From the NCBI GenBank assembly GCA_963771885.1, contig CAVYVF010000022.1:332668-396667 (forward strand): a stretch of DNA of 64,000 bases. The letters are read 5' to 3'. Origin of the DNA: Candidatus Bathyarchaeota archaeon (GTDB lineage: Archaea > Thermoproteota > Bathyarchaeia > TCS64). The translations under genes and the position numbers were made by a program. Below are positions 50,680 through 62,426 of this stretch, piece by piece (positions within the stretch are counted from its first letter, which is position 1; every line of letters begins with the position of its first letter). Under the pieces are notes generated by a model. The model was not told the DNA's origin, made no database searches, and saw nothing but the letters and a program-made list of their open reading frames with translations.

Positions 50680-50844
50680 ATGGATGAAGCCAACCTAGCT
50701 GAAGCGATAGAAATTTTACGCATTCGCGAGGAGAGGGTTCGCAAGGCTAGGCAGTACCTTGAAGCAAAGTATCGCGTTCATAGGATGAACGAACTGTTAA
50801 AGGAATTCAGAGCAGTCCAAGAAATACCCCAACCAGCAGCTTAG
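50680..50844 (+). CDS. Small 54-aa helical hypothetical protein (not in ORF track)
   Basis: MDEANLAEAIEILRIREERVRKARQYLEAKYRVHRMNELLKEFRAVQEIPQPAA; TATA-like TTTGTATAAA about 50 nt upstream. Confidence 0.5.
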   Translation: MDEANLAEAIEILRIREERVRKARQYLEAKYRVHRMNELLKEFRAVQEIPQPAA

Positions 50845-51079
50845 AACTCGGATAACTCACACGATCCATTCTGCGAGTGCAAGTAGAGCAAATAAACAAT
50901 AGAATCTGAGTTACCGCTCCATAAAAAATATCCCAACACTTGGCGATGATTATTCGGCGAATTCGGCATCAACGCGTTCGCCGCCTGCAACTAGGGCTCC
51001 GAAGAGGGGCCCGAATTTTCAATCATTTTAGGAAATGGTTTGAGCTGACTTGATTGATCACGTTACTAGTTGTTGAGCA

Positions 51080-51490
51080 TCAGCCCAACTTTTCAAGCGC
51101 TGACTCCATCTCGGCGGGGAACTCTTCATTGATTCGTGTCAGGATCATGTCGACGATAAACTGCTTATACTGAGGGTCACCCATCCCCGGAAAGTATACC
51201 CAGTGATGTCCCCCCTTCCCGGTTTCATCCTCCCCCCGTAGGATACCCAAGCCCCGTAGGTATTCGAGGAAGTTTATGATGCTTGCGCGTGATATGCTGT
51301 TTTGGCCAAGTTTTTTATTGACTGTTATGGTCACAGCATTGCTATTCATCCCCGTACTGCTCACGTGAATGGTGTCGAGTACGACTACCTGCCATGGCCT
51401 GAATATCGAATCAAGTCCCATCTTCGAGGCGTCGTATTGAATTGACTTCATCGGGGGTTTATTGCCTATCCATTTTAAAAGTATTATCAT
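51080..51490 (-). CDS. Winged-helix regulator (BlaI/MecI/CopY-like archaeal family)
   Basis: SRASIINFL..GIL..ETGKGGHHWVY. Confidence 0.7.
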   Translation of the reverse strand: MIILLKWIGNKPPMKSIQYDASKMGLDSIFRPWQVVVLDTIHVSSTGMNSNAVTITVNKKLGQNSISRASIINFLEYLRGLGILRGEDETGKGGHHWVYFPGMGDPQYKQFIVDMILTRINEEFPAEMESALEKLG

Positions 51491-51773
51491 TTGCTAATCT
51501 AATTTCTCGAATTGGAGGAAGAATATGCGAACAATTCTAGCTTTAATGAGTACGTGGAATCTCAAGATATTCCTCAAGAGAAGGACGATGTTGTAAAGGT
51601 TGGGTCGCTTCAAGGATTTACTTGGCTAAAATAAGGTTTAAGATGATATTTCGGTGTGCTCGTAAGGTTAGAGCTCTTATGTTAGAGGATTGGTGTTTTT
51701 CTATAGTATTGTTAAGAATTTTTGGTAGGTATCACGAGTGAATTATTCTTTTTAATCGATCTGTAATCATGAT

Positions 51774-52568
51774 ATGATGAATAACAGCAAGATATTGAAG
51801 GGTATGATGTTGATACTCGTCGGCCCTTTAGATTAAACCGCCGACGAGTATCAAGGCTCGACAGCGGGTGAAGCGAAGCAGGTCTGGTTCCAGGCAAAGG
51901 AGGAAAGTCGGGTAGCCCAGGAGGCAAATAGGCAAGCGAACCTCGATTATGCGGGCGACAAGTCGGATGCTAATAAACAGAGGGTTATCGACAACGGAAA
52001 GGACTAGGCTTAAAGGCCGCGCTTAACGAGGCTGAGGCATGGCTTAACTGGGTCGAGCTCGAGGTGATGGAGAACGCGAGGTGCCAAGTGATCTTAAGGA
52101 GGTCATCTAGCAGGACGTTGAGGCGAACCGCGTTAAGATAGCGGCTCTACGTGTTGAAGTCGATGGTATACAGAATCGGTTCCAGCTGGCAACGACTTTC
52201 ATCAAGATGTTTGGGAAGTATCTTGAGCTAGTTGCTGATGTGGCTAGGAACCACGGCTTGATTTGGGTGCACGTGCGGGGACGTACGCGGATACGATTGA
52301 GGCTTACGAGTCTGAAATCAGGGAGAAAGCTGATGGAGCGTCGAATGAGGTGCAGATAGTTGCCAAGTTGGATGAGGCTAAGGCCAATTTGGCAGAGTGC
52401 GAGAGGAACATAGACCAGGCTGAAGCGGAGTACCTTCAGGTCAAGCTGACGGGAAACCCTCTTCTGAGGTTCTCGAATGGTAACCAGTACCTTCGTCTAG
52501 CCAGGAATAACCTGCTCTCGGCTCACGCCTCGCTTAAACAGGCTTATCGGCTCCTGAAGGAGAGTTGA
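51774..52568 (+). pseudogene. Exported coiled-coil protein, heavily frameshifted
   Basis: Helical fragments in alternating frames (LNEAEAWLNW, KYLELVADVARN) leading into ORF 52263-52568. Confidence 0.5.
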
Positions 52569-52569
52569 C

Positions 52570-52764
52570 ATGGCTAATAGAAGTACCCTCATCCTGGTGG
52601 GAATAACCATAATCGTGCTGGGGGTAAATTCATTGGTTCTGAGGAAGGCTGCCGATAAACGGAAGTTATCGTTCTCGGAGAGCGAGCTTCAAGCCCTGGA
52701 GTCTAGGATGAGGGATTGGAGGCTAGCAATCTTGAGGGTTTGTCGAGTAGCGCTGTATCCATGA
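52570..52764 (+). CDS. Small membrane-anchored hypothetical protein, possibly frameshifted
   Basis: ATG immediately after the previous stop; N-terminal TM segment. Confidence 0.4.
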   Translation: MANRSTLILVGITIIVLGVNSLVLRKAADKRKLSFSESELQALESRMRDWRLAILRVCRVALYP

Positions 52765-53046
52765 GCTTAAGGCAAGCAAGAGCTTCAACGAGCTTGGGTC
52801 GATGATAGATGGGCTGTAGTTTGATGATCTCGAGGGTTTAACGAACCCGTAAAAGCTGTGTGCCCGCAATTTGATAAGGCTGCTCATCACATACTCCACT
52901 TACGCGCGCAGTGTCTCGGATCCGACGCTGTATGTGGAAGTGGCTGGTGACTGATCGGGGGTAGGCTCCCTCGTCTTTTATCATCAGAAATTTTTTAAAG
53001 TCTCAGGGTAAATTCATTATAGGGTTATTTCAGAGGTTGACTGACT

Positions 53047-55750
53047 TTGAATAGATGTGTGTCAGTGTTCATCTTTGCGATCATGTTACTCAATGTGCTT
53101 GCACCCGTTTTTTGCAACGTCTTAATTTCTGTGGGGGTTGCGAAAGCGGCTGCTGGGTCCATACCGTTTGAAACCTTTGTCCCGGTAAGGGGCACGTATC
53201 TTTTCGCTGACAATGAAGTCACTGAGTGGGATGATGATGGGGACGGCGAAAAGGAGGAGCATAGCCTCGAGATGCCTTTGATTTTGAATCTCACATCGGC
53301 TGGCTTCAAGCCAGGTGACTTGATCAGGATCAGTTGTCAAGGTGAGGTCCATTTAGCGGCTCATGTGGACTGGACGATTTTATCGCAGGAAATGATGATG
53401 CTGGGGGTATTCAGTTCCTCAAATAAGGTTCTCTGGGAGAACGTGGGGGATGAGGTTGGGCCTCTCCACAGGGTTCCGGATGCATTAGACGCGGGTAAGC
53501 CGGAGGTCACGGAGGCAACGTTTCTCGGCTTTCCCACCGATATTCCGGAGGATTTCCTAATTCTTAATACTGGGACCACGATTCGGGTTCCGCAGGGAGC
53601 AGTTATTCTAGTCCTTTGCTTCTACGATGTAAAGTACACGGATAATGATGGCTGGCTCAAGGTACTTATCGATAAAGACACGGATGGGGATGGCCTCTGG
53701 GACTCCTGGGAGACGAAGGGCATAGACGCTGATAGCGACGGGACGATTGATCTCAAACTTGAGGGGGCGGATCCTGAGCACAAGGACATCTATGTGGAGG
53801 TTGAATACATGGAGGGCCATAGACTCAGCGCGGTTGCGAGGGATAACGTTGTGGCGGCTTTCCGAAGTTCCCCAGTAAGCAACCCCGATAACAAAAATGG
53901 TATCAATATTCACATTGAGATTGATGACACTGACATCGTTCCTCATCAAAACCCCATTCGAATTAGTTTATACACTGGATATTGGCCGGACTTTGACGCG
54001 ATCAAGAGTGTTCACTTTGGGGCAAATGATCAGCAAAAAGACGAGGATATAATGGAGGCTAAGAAGATGGCCTACCACTATTGCTTGATGGCTCATAATT
54101 TCGCTGTGTACAATTCAACTACGGGGAAGTGGGTGGAAAAGACACATGGCGGCGTCGCTGAGCCCTATGGGAACGACTTCATCGTCTCCCTAGGTGGGTG
54201 GACGAATGGGGTGGGTTCTGTTGAGGAGCAGGCGGGGACCTTCATGCATGAACTCGGCCACAACCTCGGTCTTCGACATGGCGGTGGAGACGACCAAAAT
54301 TATAAGCCCAATTATTTGAGCATCATGAATTATCTTTTCCAGGTTCCTTATGCTCCACTCGTGCGGGCGTTGCAGGCGCCGTTGAGCTATTCTAGTTTCG
54401 CGCAACCGGATCTTTATGAGAAGAGTCTCGATGAGTCGAAGGGGATTGGTGCTGCGCCGTGGCACTTGGACGGCTTACAGCGCCCCAGTTAAGACTGGGT
54501 CCGGTGTAAAAATGGTTCCACTCCCAGTTTCCACCTTCGGAGCGATAGATTGGAACAATAACGGAGAAGATGACGAGACGGGGATCTGGGCGAACATAAA
54601 CTACTATTCAACTTGGCCTTTCAGGTACGATAGCGGCAACGCGGATACTCTCAAAGGGTTCGATGATTGGCAGAATCTGCGCTTCGCCTTCCAGGAGACT
54701 AAGGACTATGAGGATGGAGTTCACTCTTCAGATTTTGGCGTCGATGAACTGACGTGGGAGACTGTTCAGGCGATGCGTGACGCCTTCCTCCAGGTGCGTA
54801 ACTTGGCTGTGTTAAACGTATTCGTTCCACAGGGTAACGTAGGCGGTGCGGGTTTCGTATCTAACCTTACGGTCGCTAACCTCGGGGGAAGTAATGAGAC
54901 CTGTAGCGTCGCTATCTTTGCGAACTCTACATCCATCGCGTCTAGGATACTCAAGCTGGATAGTGGCAACTTCGCGGCTCTAAACCTGCCGTGTGACATT
55001 AAGGATCTCCCCTATGGGAGCTACGTTGTGACTGCTCGCATCATCCATGTGACGAATGAAACGTATACGGCGGATAACACGGTCTCAGGTGGGGTCATCA
55101 ACGTCGTTGATGAGGCTCCGCCCGTCACAGTTGCGGATTACGATGATCTGTGGCACATCTCTGACTTCGTCGTTCCTTTGGAGGCTACTGATGATATGAG
55201 TGGGGTTGCTGAGACGTTTTATGTGGTGAACGGTGAGTCAGTCGTTAGAAGGTTGAGCGTTGATGGAGTACCACAATTCGCGTCGGATGGTGCGAATAAC
55301 ACGTTGAGGTACTGGAGCGTTGATCTGGTTGGTAACGTCGAGCAGGGTAGGTGGCTGTCTGGCATAAAGTTGGATAAGATTCCTCCGACTCTGACGATTA
55401 ACGTTCCTGCTGCGGGGGGTCAAGTTGGGACTTCCGTGGCTGCGAATTGGGCTGGTTTGGATGAGACTTCTGGGGTTAAGTTGTATGAAGTCAGGGTTGA
55501 TGACGGTTTGTGGATGAGTATTGGGTCGAGTGTTAGCCACGAGTTCTCTGGATTGGGAGAGGGTAGTCACGTTATTGAGGTTAGAGCAACTGATACGGCG
55601 GGTAATGTAAGGTTGGCTTCTTCTAGTTTTTCGGTTAACTCTCGTCCTTGGCTGCTGCCGATTGTTGTGGGGGGGCTGATTGTTTTGGTTGTTGCATTTG
55701 TTTTCTTTCGTAGGGTCAAGGGGGCGAATCGTCCACTAGTATCTCGTTGA
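53047..55750 (+). CDS. Membrane-anchored metzincin-like zinc metalloprotease with CARDB/Ig-like domains, frameshift near 54463
   Basis: Signal peptide; DTDGDGLWD Ca-binding repeats; HELGHNLGLRH; SIMNY Met-turn; Ig-like tail; TM plus RRVK. Confidence 0.8.
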
Positions 55751-55787
55751 TTCGTTGGTAGGTGTGATGGATGATGTTGTTTTCATC

Positions 55788-55918
55788 GACGCGCGTGTAG
55801 TATTGTTTTTGAATGTATGTTTGCGTGCGCTAAGAGACAGTTTGCTTGTTGCTAGACTCGTTTATTATGATAGAGAGTTTGTATTATTTTCATCTTTTTC
55901 TAGTTATGCGTGCGCGTC
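55788..55918. repeat. About 130-bp AT-rich segment bounded by imperfect inverted GC-alternating ends
   Basis: gacgcgcgtgta ... tgcgtgcgcgtc. Confidence 0.45.
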
Positions 55919-56356
55919 AAGTTGTCTCTTTGGAGCTTTTACGTTAAAATTGTTAACGAAGTTGTTCTGGTTGACTCTGGTTGCCCGTGAATGTGGAGTT
56001 TGTTTCGAATAGAACGTGGTCGAGGTAACAGTTGTGGCATACTTGTCCTAATCCGGGTTCGATCACGTATTGCTCCTTGAGCTCTTTCCCACATTTTTCA
56101 CATTTTTTTACCATCTAAATAGTCACCCTTAGATAATATATATTAAGAATCTATATAATTTAAACGGATAATTAGTACTAATGAGGGATTAGGTCAATAG
56201 ATAATCAGTTTATAATTAATATTTATGTTATGAATTTGTCCGAGTTAGAAAACATTTAGAATAGCATATTAAAATCGATTTTATTTGATATACCTATTAA
56301 GTATCTAGAATCAATTATCCTTTTAAAAACATGCAACTATTTAGTCGCGATTGAAT

Positions 56357-58975
56357 TGTATCGTAGGAAAGCGGGCCTATTACTCCTACTTCTAGTATTA
56401 GCTCAGCTACAAGTAGGATTATCACTGGTACAGGCAGCCGATACGAACCCAAAGTTGACCATCACCGCAGCGATGTCGATGGTACCATCCGACGGTAGGC
56501 CTCACCCAGCGTTGTATGTTAGTATAGTTGATTCGAAGGGAAACCCCTATCCGTTGAGTTCTAGCCTTCAGGTGACGCTAACTTACTCGGATTTGAGCGC
56601 GGTTACGCTTCCGACAACGATCGAGATTCCTCCAGCTTCATGCTTCTATTTAGTTAATGCAACTAGCAACGCGATAGGCGCTAAGCAAATTGAGGTGACG
56701 GCCTCTGCTTCGGGCTTTACCTCGGCTAAGACTAATCTTTCCGTAGGGCCACCTGCCGGGGCTCCGTCCAGCCTCGCGCTTACGTTTCTGCCGAATGCTA
56801 TCATGCCGGTTGTTGGTGCTAAGGCTGATCTAGTTGTGACTCTTGTTGATAGCTATGGGAACCCGACGCCGGCGCGTTCTAATCTGAATGTTGTATTGTT
56901 TTCGTCGGATCCGAATATTGCGGATGTTTCCTCAGGTTCTCTAGTAATTGTTGAGGGTAGTGTATCGGTTAAGACTACTGTAGTTTCGACGGGTAGGGAG
57001 GGCTCGATTACTGTAACGGGTTCGGCCCCCAATATGAAGTCAGCCTCGGCTGTTTTGAGGGTCGCTGGGCCTCAGCCCACCAAGATTACGCTATGGGCTC
57101 TGAAGCAGCTCCCGGTTAATGATGCTAGCAATGTTTTATTCGTTGGAATCACCGACGCTGACTCGAACCCGGTTAAGCTGTTAGCTCCGAAGACGATTAG
57201 CCTCTACTCCTCTAATACTAGCGTTCTTAGTGTCCAGAGTTCGGTGACGATCTATGCGGGTCAGTGGAGCGCCATTGTTCCTTTAACCTGTAATATATCT
57301 GGGAAATCGGTTACAATTTCTGCGGTTTCAGCTGATCTGAACACGGCTACGTATAGCCTCACTGGGGTTGATGCGTCAGATAATGCGATGGCTTCAATTA
57401 AAGTTGTATGCGATTGCACCTCAGGTTCCGGCGGATGAAGCCAGTCAGACAGCTTTACTCGTTCAAACCTTAGATGGGTTGGGAAAGCCTACGAAGGTTT
57501 TGTCGTCCCTACAGATAACGCTCTCTTCAGATAACACGATTGTGGCTGTAACACCGCTGAGTTCAAGTATACAATCTGGAAAATCAAGTACTCTGATTAC
57601 TTGTACGACAAAGTTGCCTGGTAAGGCAGTCATTACCGCGGGTAGTGCTTCTTATGGTACCACGACCGCGAATGTGAACTCGTATGCACCTGAACCTGAT
57701 AAGGTAGACATCCAGACGCCGCCGATACCCACCAACGGGGAAGTTGATGCGTGTTTGATCGCATTGAAGGGAAGTACGCCGGTGCCCGTTTCTGAGGATA
57801 CAGTATTCCAGTTTACTTCATCTGACACCCAGATGGGTGTAACCAGTGTTGACTCGATATCTATCGACGCTAAGACGTTTATGACCTACCTAAAGGTGAA
57901 GGGGTTGGCGCCTGGCCAGTTTTCCCTGACGATCTCAGCGAGTGGGATTCCTTCGGTTACTAAAAAACTCCAGGTTTTAGATACGATGCCTTCGACATTC
58001 AAGGTATCTACGGTTAAGCCAGTGGTTGGGTACGAGTTCCCCGTCCTAATACAGTTGACAAATGCGGCTGGGATACCGGCGGTGAGTTCTAACTCCATCG
58101 GGGTTAACGTTGTTGCGAATGATGAGTCTGTGATGAGGGTGCCCGCGGAGGTCGTTATTGGCGTTGATAAGACGGAGCAGCTATTCTATGCTCAGGCTCT
58201 TTCGGCTAAGCAGACGGTGTTGACTTTCTCTGAGGTTGGTTTCAAGTCCACTACTTTGCCGTTGACTCCGGTTGCGTCCACTGTCGCCGCGGTGTTGAAT
58301 ATTAGTGGTAAGATGCCGATGAACAAACCCTCAGAGGTGCAGTTTACCCTAAAGGTGAATGGTGAGCCGGTGGAGGGTGCTACAGGGGTCTGGAGTAGCC
58401 CAGGCTTTACGAACAGCGTGCTGATGACGGACTCATCGGGAGTCGCCAGGAACACATACACACTCACGCAGAACACTGATTACATAGAGGCCAAGGTCAA
58501 GGTGGGGGGAGGATATCTATTCGCCGGTAAGACGATCGTTGCGGTTCCGGACGCCTACCATCTCAGCGTAACCTCAAATGTACCGATCGAGATTGTTGGC
58601 TCTGGCACTTACGCATATGGCGACGTCGTTTTACTTGATGCCCCGGCGACTTACCCTATGCCTCATATTCTTGGGTTATTGGGTGGCAAATACGTGTTCG
58701 TTCAATGGGATGGTGCAGTGAATACTTCCGGGGATACAGTTTCGCTTACCATAGAGGGAGATGCTACTGAACTTAGCGTCAATGCGGCATACGTCGAAGA
58801 TATGTTTATGCTCTACGTTACTTCTGCGGCTATCGTTATCGTTTCGGTTATTGTGTTAGTGGTATACAGGTTGTATGGTTCTAAGATTAGGGCTAGGTTT
58901 AGCAAGCCTCCAGCAAAGCCGGATGCCAAGAAAGGCCCGAATGTTAAGCCGCCTGAACCCAAACCACCGAGATAA
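56357..58975 (+). CDS. Large S/T/V-rich Ig-like surface protein (adhesin/S-layer-like), frameshift near 57401
   Basis: Signal peptide; repeated D..GNP / L.SS(D/N) beta-sandwich modules across both ORFs; C-terminal TM and Lys/Pro tail. Confidence 0.78.
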
Positions 58976-59096
58976 GAGACTAGTTATTTCTCTTCTTTTT
59001 TCAACCTGAGCATATTTTTTTAAAGAATCCTTGTTTCACTATGCCCCGTTTTCTCGTAGGAGATGCGAAATTTAAGAAAAATTTACTTATTGCTAT

Positions 59097-59555
59097 CTAT
59101 TTTTCTTTCGCTTCTTTCACTCGTAGCAGGCAGCAGTCAAAATCAACATCGAGGCATTCTGGGTTCTCGTATTGGGTTTCGATCTCAGAGGCCTCTGCTA
59201 CGATTCCGGCGATGAATCCTCGGAGGAAAATGCAGCCTGAGGTTCCATGATCTTCGCATTTTCCGCTGAAGGGGTTTGAACGCACGAAGACGTTCACTTT
59301 TCCCATTACTTCGTTGTTCTTTTCTAGTGAGATCTTGCCCCAGCCCATGCTACTGGCTCTTTCGAATGCCTTTTCCAGGAGTTCGTTTTTAGGTAGTGCT
59401 ATGTTGAGGAGTTGTAGGTCTTTTCTTAGTCTCTTTACCTCGTATGAGCCATTTTCGTGGCCCATTGAGTAGATCATTGATAGTCCAGCTGATCCGTAGG
59501 CTTTTGGTAGGTAGCTGATGATCTCTTGGAATGAGTCGGTCATCAGTAGAAGCAT
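59097..59555 (-). CDS. V4R-domain protein
   Basis: MGWGK, NPF, CIFLRGFIAG, C..C pattern typical of 4VR domains. Confidence 0.8.
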   Translation of the reverse strand: MLLLMTDSFQEIISYLPKAYGSAGLSMIYSMGHENGSYEVKRLRKDLQLLNIALPKNELLEKAFERASSMGWGKISLEKNNEVMGKVNVFVRSNPFSGKCEDHGTSGCIFLRGFIAGIVAEASEIETQYENPECLDVDFDCCLLRVKEAKEK

Positions 59556-59575
59556 GGAGGGATTTATGTTTGGCG

Positions 59576-60619
59576 CTAACCTGTTTTTCTTCGCCTGAAA
59601 GGATTAATGCCTTTTCCATTTTGTCTTCCCTTGTCAGCGTCTGTGAGGAGGTTGACCAGTTTTTCCAGATGCTTCTCGTCTCTTCCATCCAGTACTTCTA
59701 TTTCGTAGGACTTCCCCAGTGACGCAAGACGCTCGTTGCCGGTTATATCTAAAAGTATTATGGATTTGGCGTCGAGATCCATCTTCTTGCCGAGTAGGGA
59801 GATGATGTCGTTTTGGTTGCCCTCGGTGGAGATGTCGATGAGGGTAATGTCTCGGCCTTTTTTTGCGGCTATGTCGAAGTGTTGGTCAACACCTGATTTT
59901 CCCGGCAGCTTTGTGTCGACTTCGACGTTGTAGCCGTTTTTGATGAGTATCTCGGAGATGGCGTTTAATGATTGGTTCTTCTTCTCATTTACAGTTGGTT
60001 CTGTACTCGTTGACGGGACTTCGTAGGTGTATACTTTTTCGTAGATCGCGTCTTTGTAGTTAAAGGCGGCTGTGCAGCTTTCACACTTGTGTGTTATATT
60101 GGGTTTTTCGAATTTGGAGCCGCATTTTTCGCATTCGAATGTCGATCCTATTAGCTTGATTGTTCGTCGATTATCGACTCTTTCTGGGTCCTTGGCATCA
60201 AAGTAGTTGCCTATTTCGATTTTGCATTTGGGGCAGACTAGGTTTGCGCCTGTTCCGAATTCTTTGATGTTGCCTATGTATCCGCATAGTTTGTGTTCTA
60301 TGAGTTGTATTTTCTTTACATTGTATGATTGGCATCGGGGGCATTCGTATCTTGAGTTGATGCTTACTGAGTCGCAGTGTGGGCAGAAGATGGTCGATTC
60401 GTTGGTCTTTGCTATTAGGTTGTTTTTTGAGGCCAGTTTGTTTAGTAGGTTTTCAAGTTCTTCCTGGCCTATTTCATTGGTTACTTCTTCTAATCCTTCG
60501 TAATGTAAATGACCGCCGTTTCTTATTTGGGCTATATTTTTCAGATTTTTTTCTTTGATGATTTTAAGTAATTTTTGTTCGTCAATTTTTTTCTCTGGGC
60601 TTATATTTTCCGTATTCAT
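59576..60619 (-). CDS. TackOD1-type multi-zinc-ribbon protein with C-terminal restriction-endonuclease-like fold
   Basis: CPHC..CPRC..HKLCGY..CPKC..CEKC..CESC, then GKSGVDQHFDI. Confidence 0.75.
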   Translation of the reverse strand: MNTENISPEKKIDEQKLLKIIKEKNLKNIAQIRNGGHLHYEGLEEVTNEIGQEELENLLNKLASKNNLIAKTNESTIFCPHCDSVSINSRYECPRCQSYNVKKIQLIEHKLCGYIGNIKEFGTGANLVCPKCKIEIGNYFDAKDPERVDNRRTIKLIGSTFECEKCGSKFEKPNITHKCESCTAAFNYKDAIYEKVYTYEVPSTSTEPTVNEKKNQSLNAISEILIKNGYNVEVDTKLPGKSGVDQHFDIAAKKGRDITLIDISTEGNQNDIISLLGKKMDLDAKSIILLDITGNERLASLGKSYEIEVLDGRDEKHLEKLVNLLTDADKGRQNGKGINPFRRRKTG

Positions 60620-60628
60620 CTGAAATCC

Positions 60629-61490
60629 CTACGCTAGAAGTGTTATGTAGAATAAATAGGTGATTGAGAGGAGGAGCACAGCTGTGTATTAATCCGCTGA
60701 ATATTCGGCTGTTCGCAATTTTTCCTGCGACTAAGCCTCCAATTAATCCTTCTACGATTGATGCCCAGAAGATTATTGCCTTATAATAGTTGATGTCGAG
60801 TGCCCCACCGATGAGGTTGGGTATACCGGGGGTATCTAGGGTTGTTCCGGTCATGGGGAATAAGAACTGCTTAATCACAACCCATCCTATGAATAGGAAG
60901 ATTAGGCTGCTAACGTAGACGAGTAGGATGTATGGGCTGATCTGGGATTCTCGTTCGTCCTTGTATGAGGCTAGGCTTGTGAAGATCTTTATGCTTGTGT
61001 CTAGGACGTCTATCATTCTTCCCCCGGCTTTTTGAGCCTCGGTTAGTATGGTGGCCATTCTTTTCCCACTAGGCTGAAGGAGGCTCTCGCCGAACCAACT
61101 CATGGATCCGTCGAAGTCGGAGGTTAGGTTGAAGTTGACTATGGCTATCTCCAGGTTTTTGCTTATTGGCCCGTAGTCTCTCTGTGAGGCTAGTTCGAGG
61201 GCTCTGACCATGGGCATTCCTGATCTTATTGATTCGGTTACGTCCATCATGATTTTTGGTATGTTTTTGTCTACTTGTCTTAGCCATCGGTTGTTGAGGA
61301 TCTCTACTATTGCGGGGGGGGTTATTGCGATTAGAATCAGGAATAGTATTGCATAGTTTAGGCCCATATCTATGGGGATTATGTATTCTGTTAGTTTGTA
61401 TCTTGGTAGTATTACTAGGACTGACATGGTTAATGCTGTGGCGATGGAGACTATCCAGATCCCTTGTTTGTACTCTTGTTTGAAGTACAT
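60629..61490 (-). CDS. Type II secretion system F / TadC-like pilus platform protein (one extra base near 60682)
   Basis: IRSGMP..AL, AGGR, GLVAGKI..GLIHS; corrected frame ends VLLLSITYLFYITLLA-TAG at 60629. Confidence 0.85.
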
Positions 61491-62426
61491 TATTCCTCTC
61501 TCCCAAGGGTCTGGTCAAGTAGCACTGTGAATATTGCGCCTAAGATGGGTAATCCTATGAATACTATCACGTTGAGTTGTGTGACGGCTCCAGTGCCCTG
61601 TGAGCGGCCCATTACGGTTAGTATTGATATGACTAGGATGAAGATGGTGGGTGTGATTACCATCATGGCGACGTAAATCTCGCCTATGTAGACGAGTGTA
61701 TTCATCTTTGCTTTGAGTTTCTCCCTCTTCTCGTTAAGTTGTCTGTCGACTTCGTACATTAGGAGATTTTTTAGATCTCCGCTGGTGGCTATTGCGGTTC
61801 TTATTCCCTCTATTTCTTTAGCTAGGGTTTGGGATGGGCTCATGTCTTCGATGTCTTTCAGGGCGGTTCTGACGTCCATTCCAAAGAGTTTGACGTTCAT
61901 TAGAAATTTTTTTGCTAAGTGGACGAGGGGGGGGTTGTTCTCGACTTCGGACATTCTGTCTAGGATTCGTTCAACTGACATTCCACTTGCGGATAGTACC
62001 GCCATGTAGCTTAGGAAATATATTAGGCCGTCATCTAGCCTTGATTTTGCCTCTGAGCTTTTATAATAGGGATAATAGACTAGGAAGAATATCGTGAGAC
62101 CTGTAACGATTACTGTTGTGCCGAGGGATATGCCAACTATTGTTAGTAGGCTCCATGCTAAGAATTGGTTGAGTAGGAACCTCAGGGTTATTGTTGTAAG
62201 TGAAAAAGTTGCTATTGAAGTGAGTATTGTTATAATGACGGCTCTTCGTATGTAGTCGTCTATGTATCTGGTTAGACCGCTGTTTAGGTAGTGTTTTTGG
62301 AAATCGGTGTTGAAGTCTTTGAGGGTCTTCTGAGACTCGTTTGTGATTCGTTCCGGTAATGTTTTAATGTATTCTGAGGCGATTTGCTATGACCTCGCTG
62401 GCGCTTGGACGCTGAGGAGAGGTCAC
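61490..62426 (-). CDS. Type II secretion system F / TadB-like pilus platform protein (frameshift near 62375)
   Basis: YMAVLSASG, FGMD..AL..SPS, SGDL..L, EIY; frame extends upstream of 62005 with TM segments; GTG 62426 overlaps the ATPase stop. Confidence 0.82.

Noticed and set aside
36770..56350. Provirus or classical integron downstream of tRNA-Cys
   Set aside because: No att duplication of the tRNA, no viral genes, no IntI and no canonical attC sites
59097..60619. Stop-codon readthrough fusing TackOD1 and V4R
   Set aside because: The gap is 20 nt, so the ORFs are in different frames
4178..62426. Programmed ribosomal frameshifting as the cause of split genes
   Set aside because: No shared slippery sequence, and unrelated genes are affected; sequencing error is simpler
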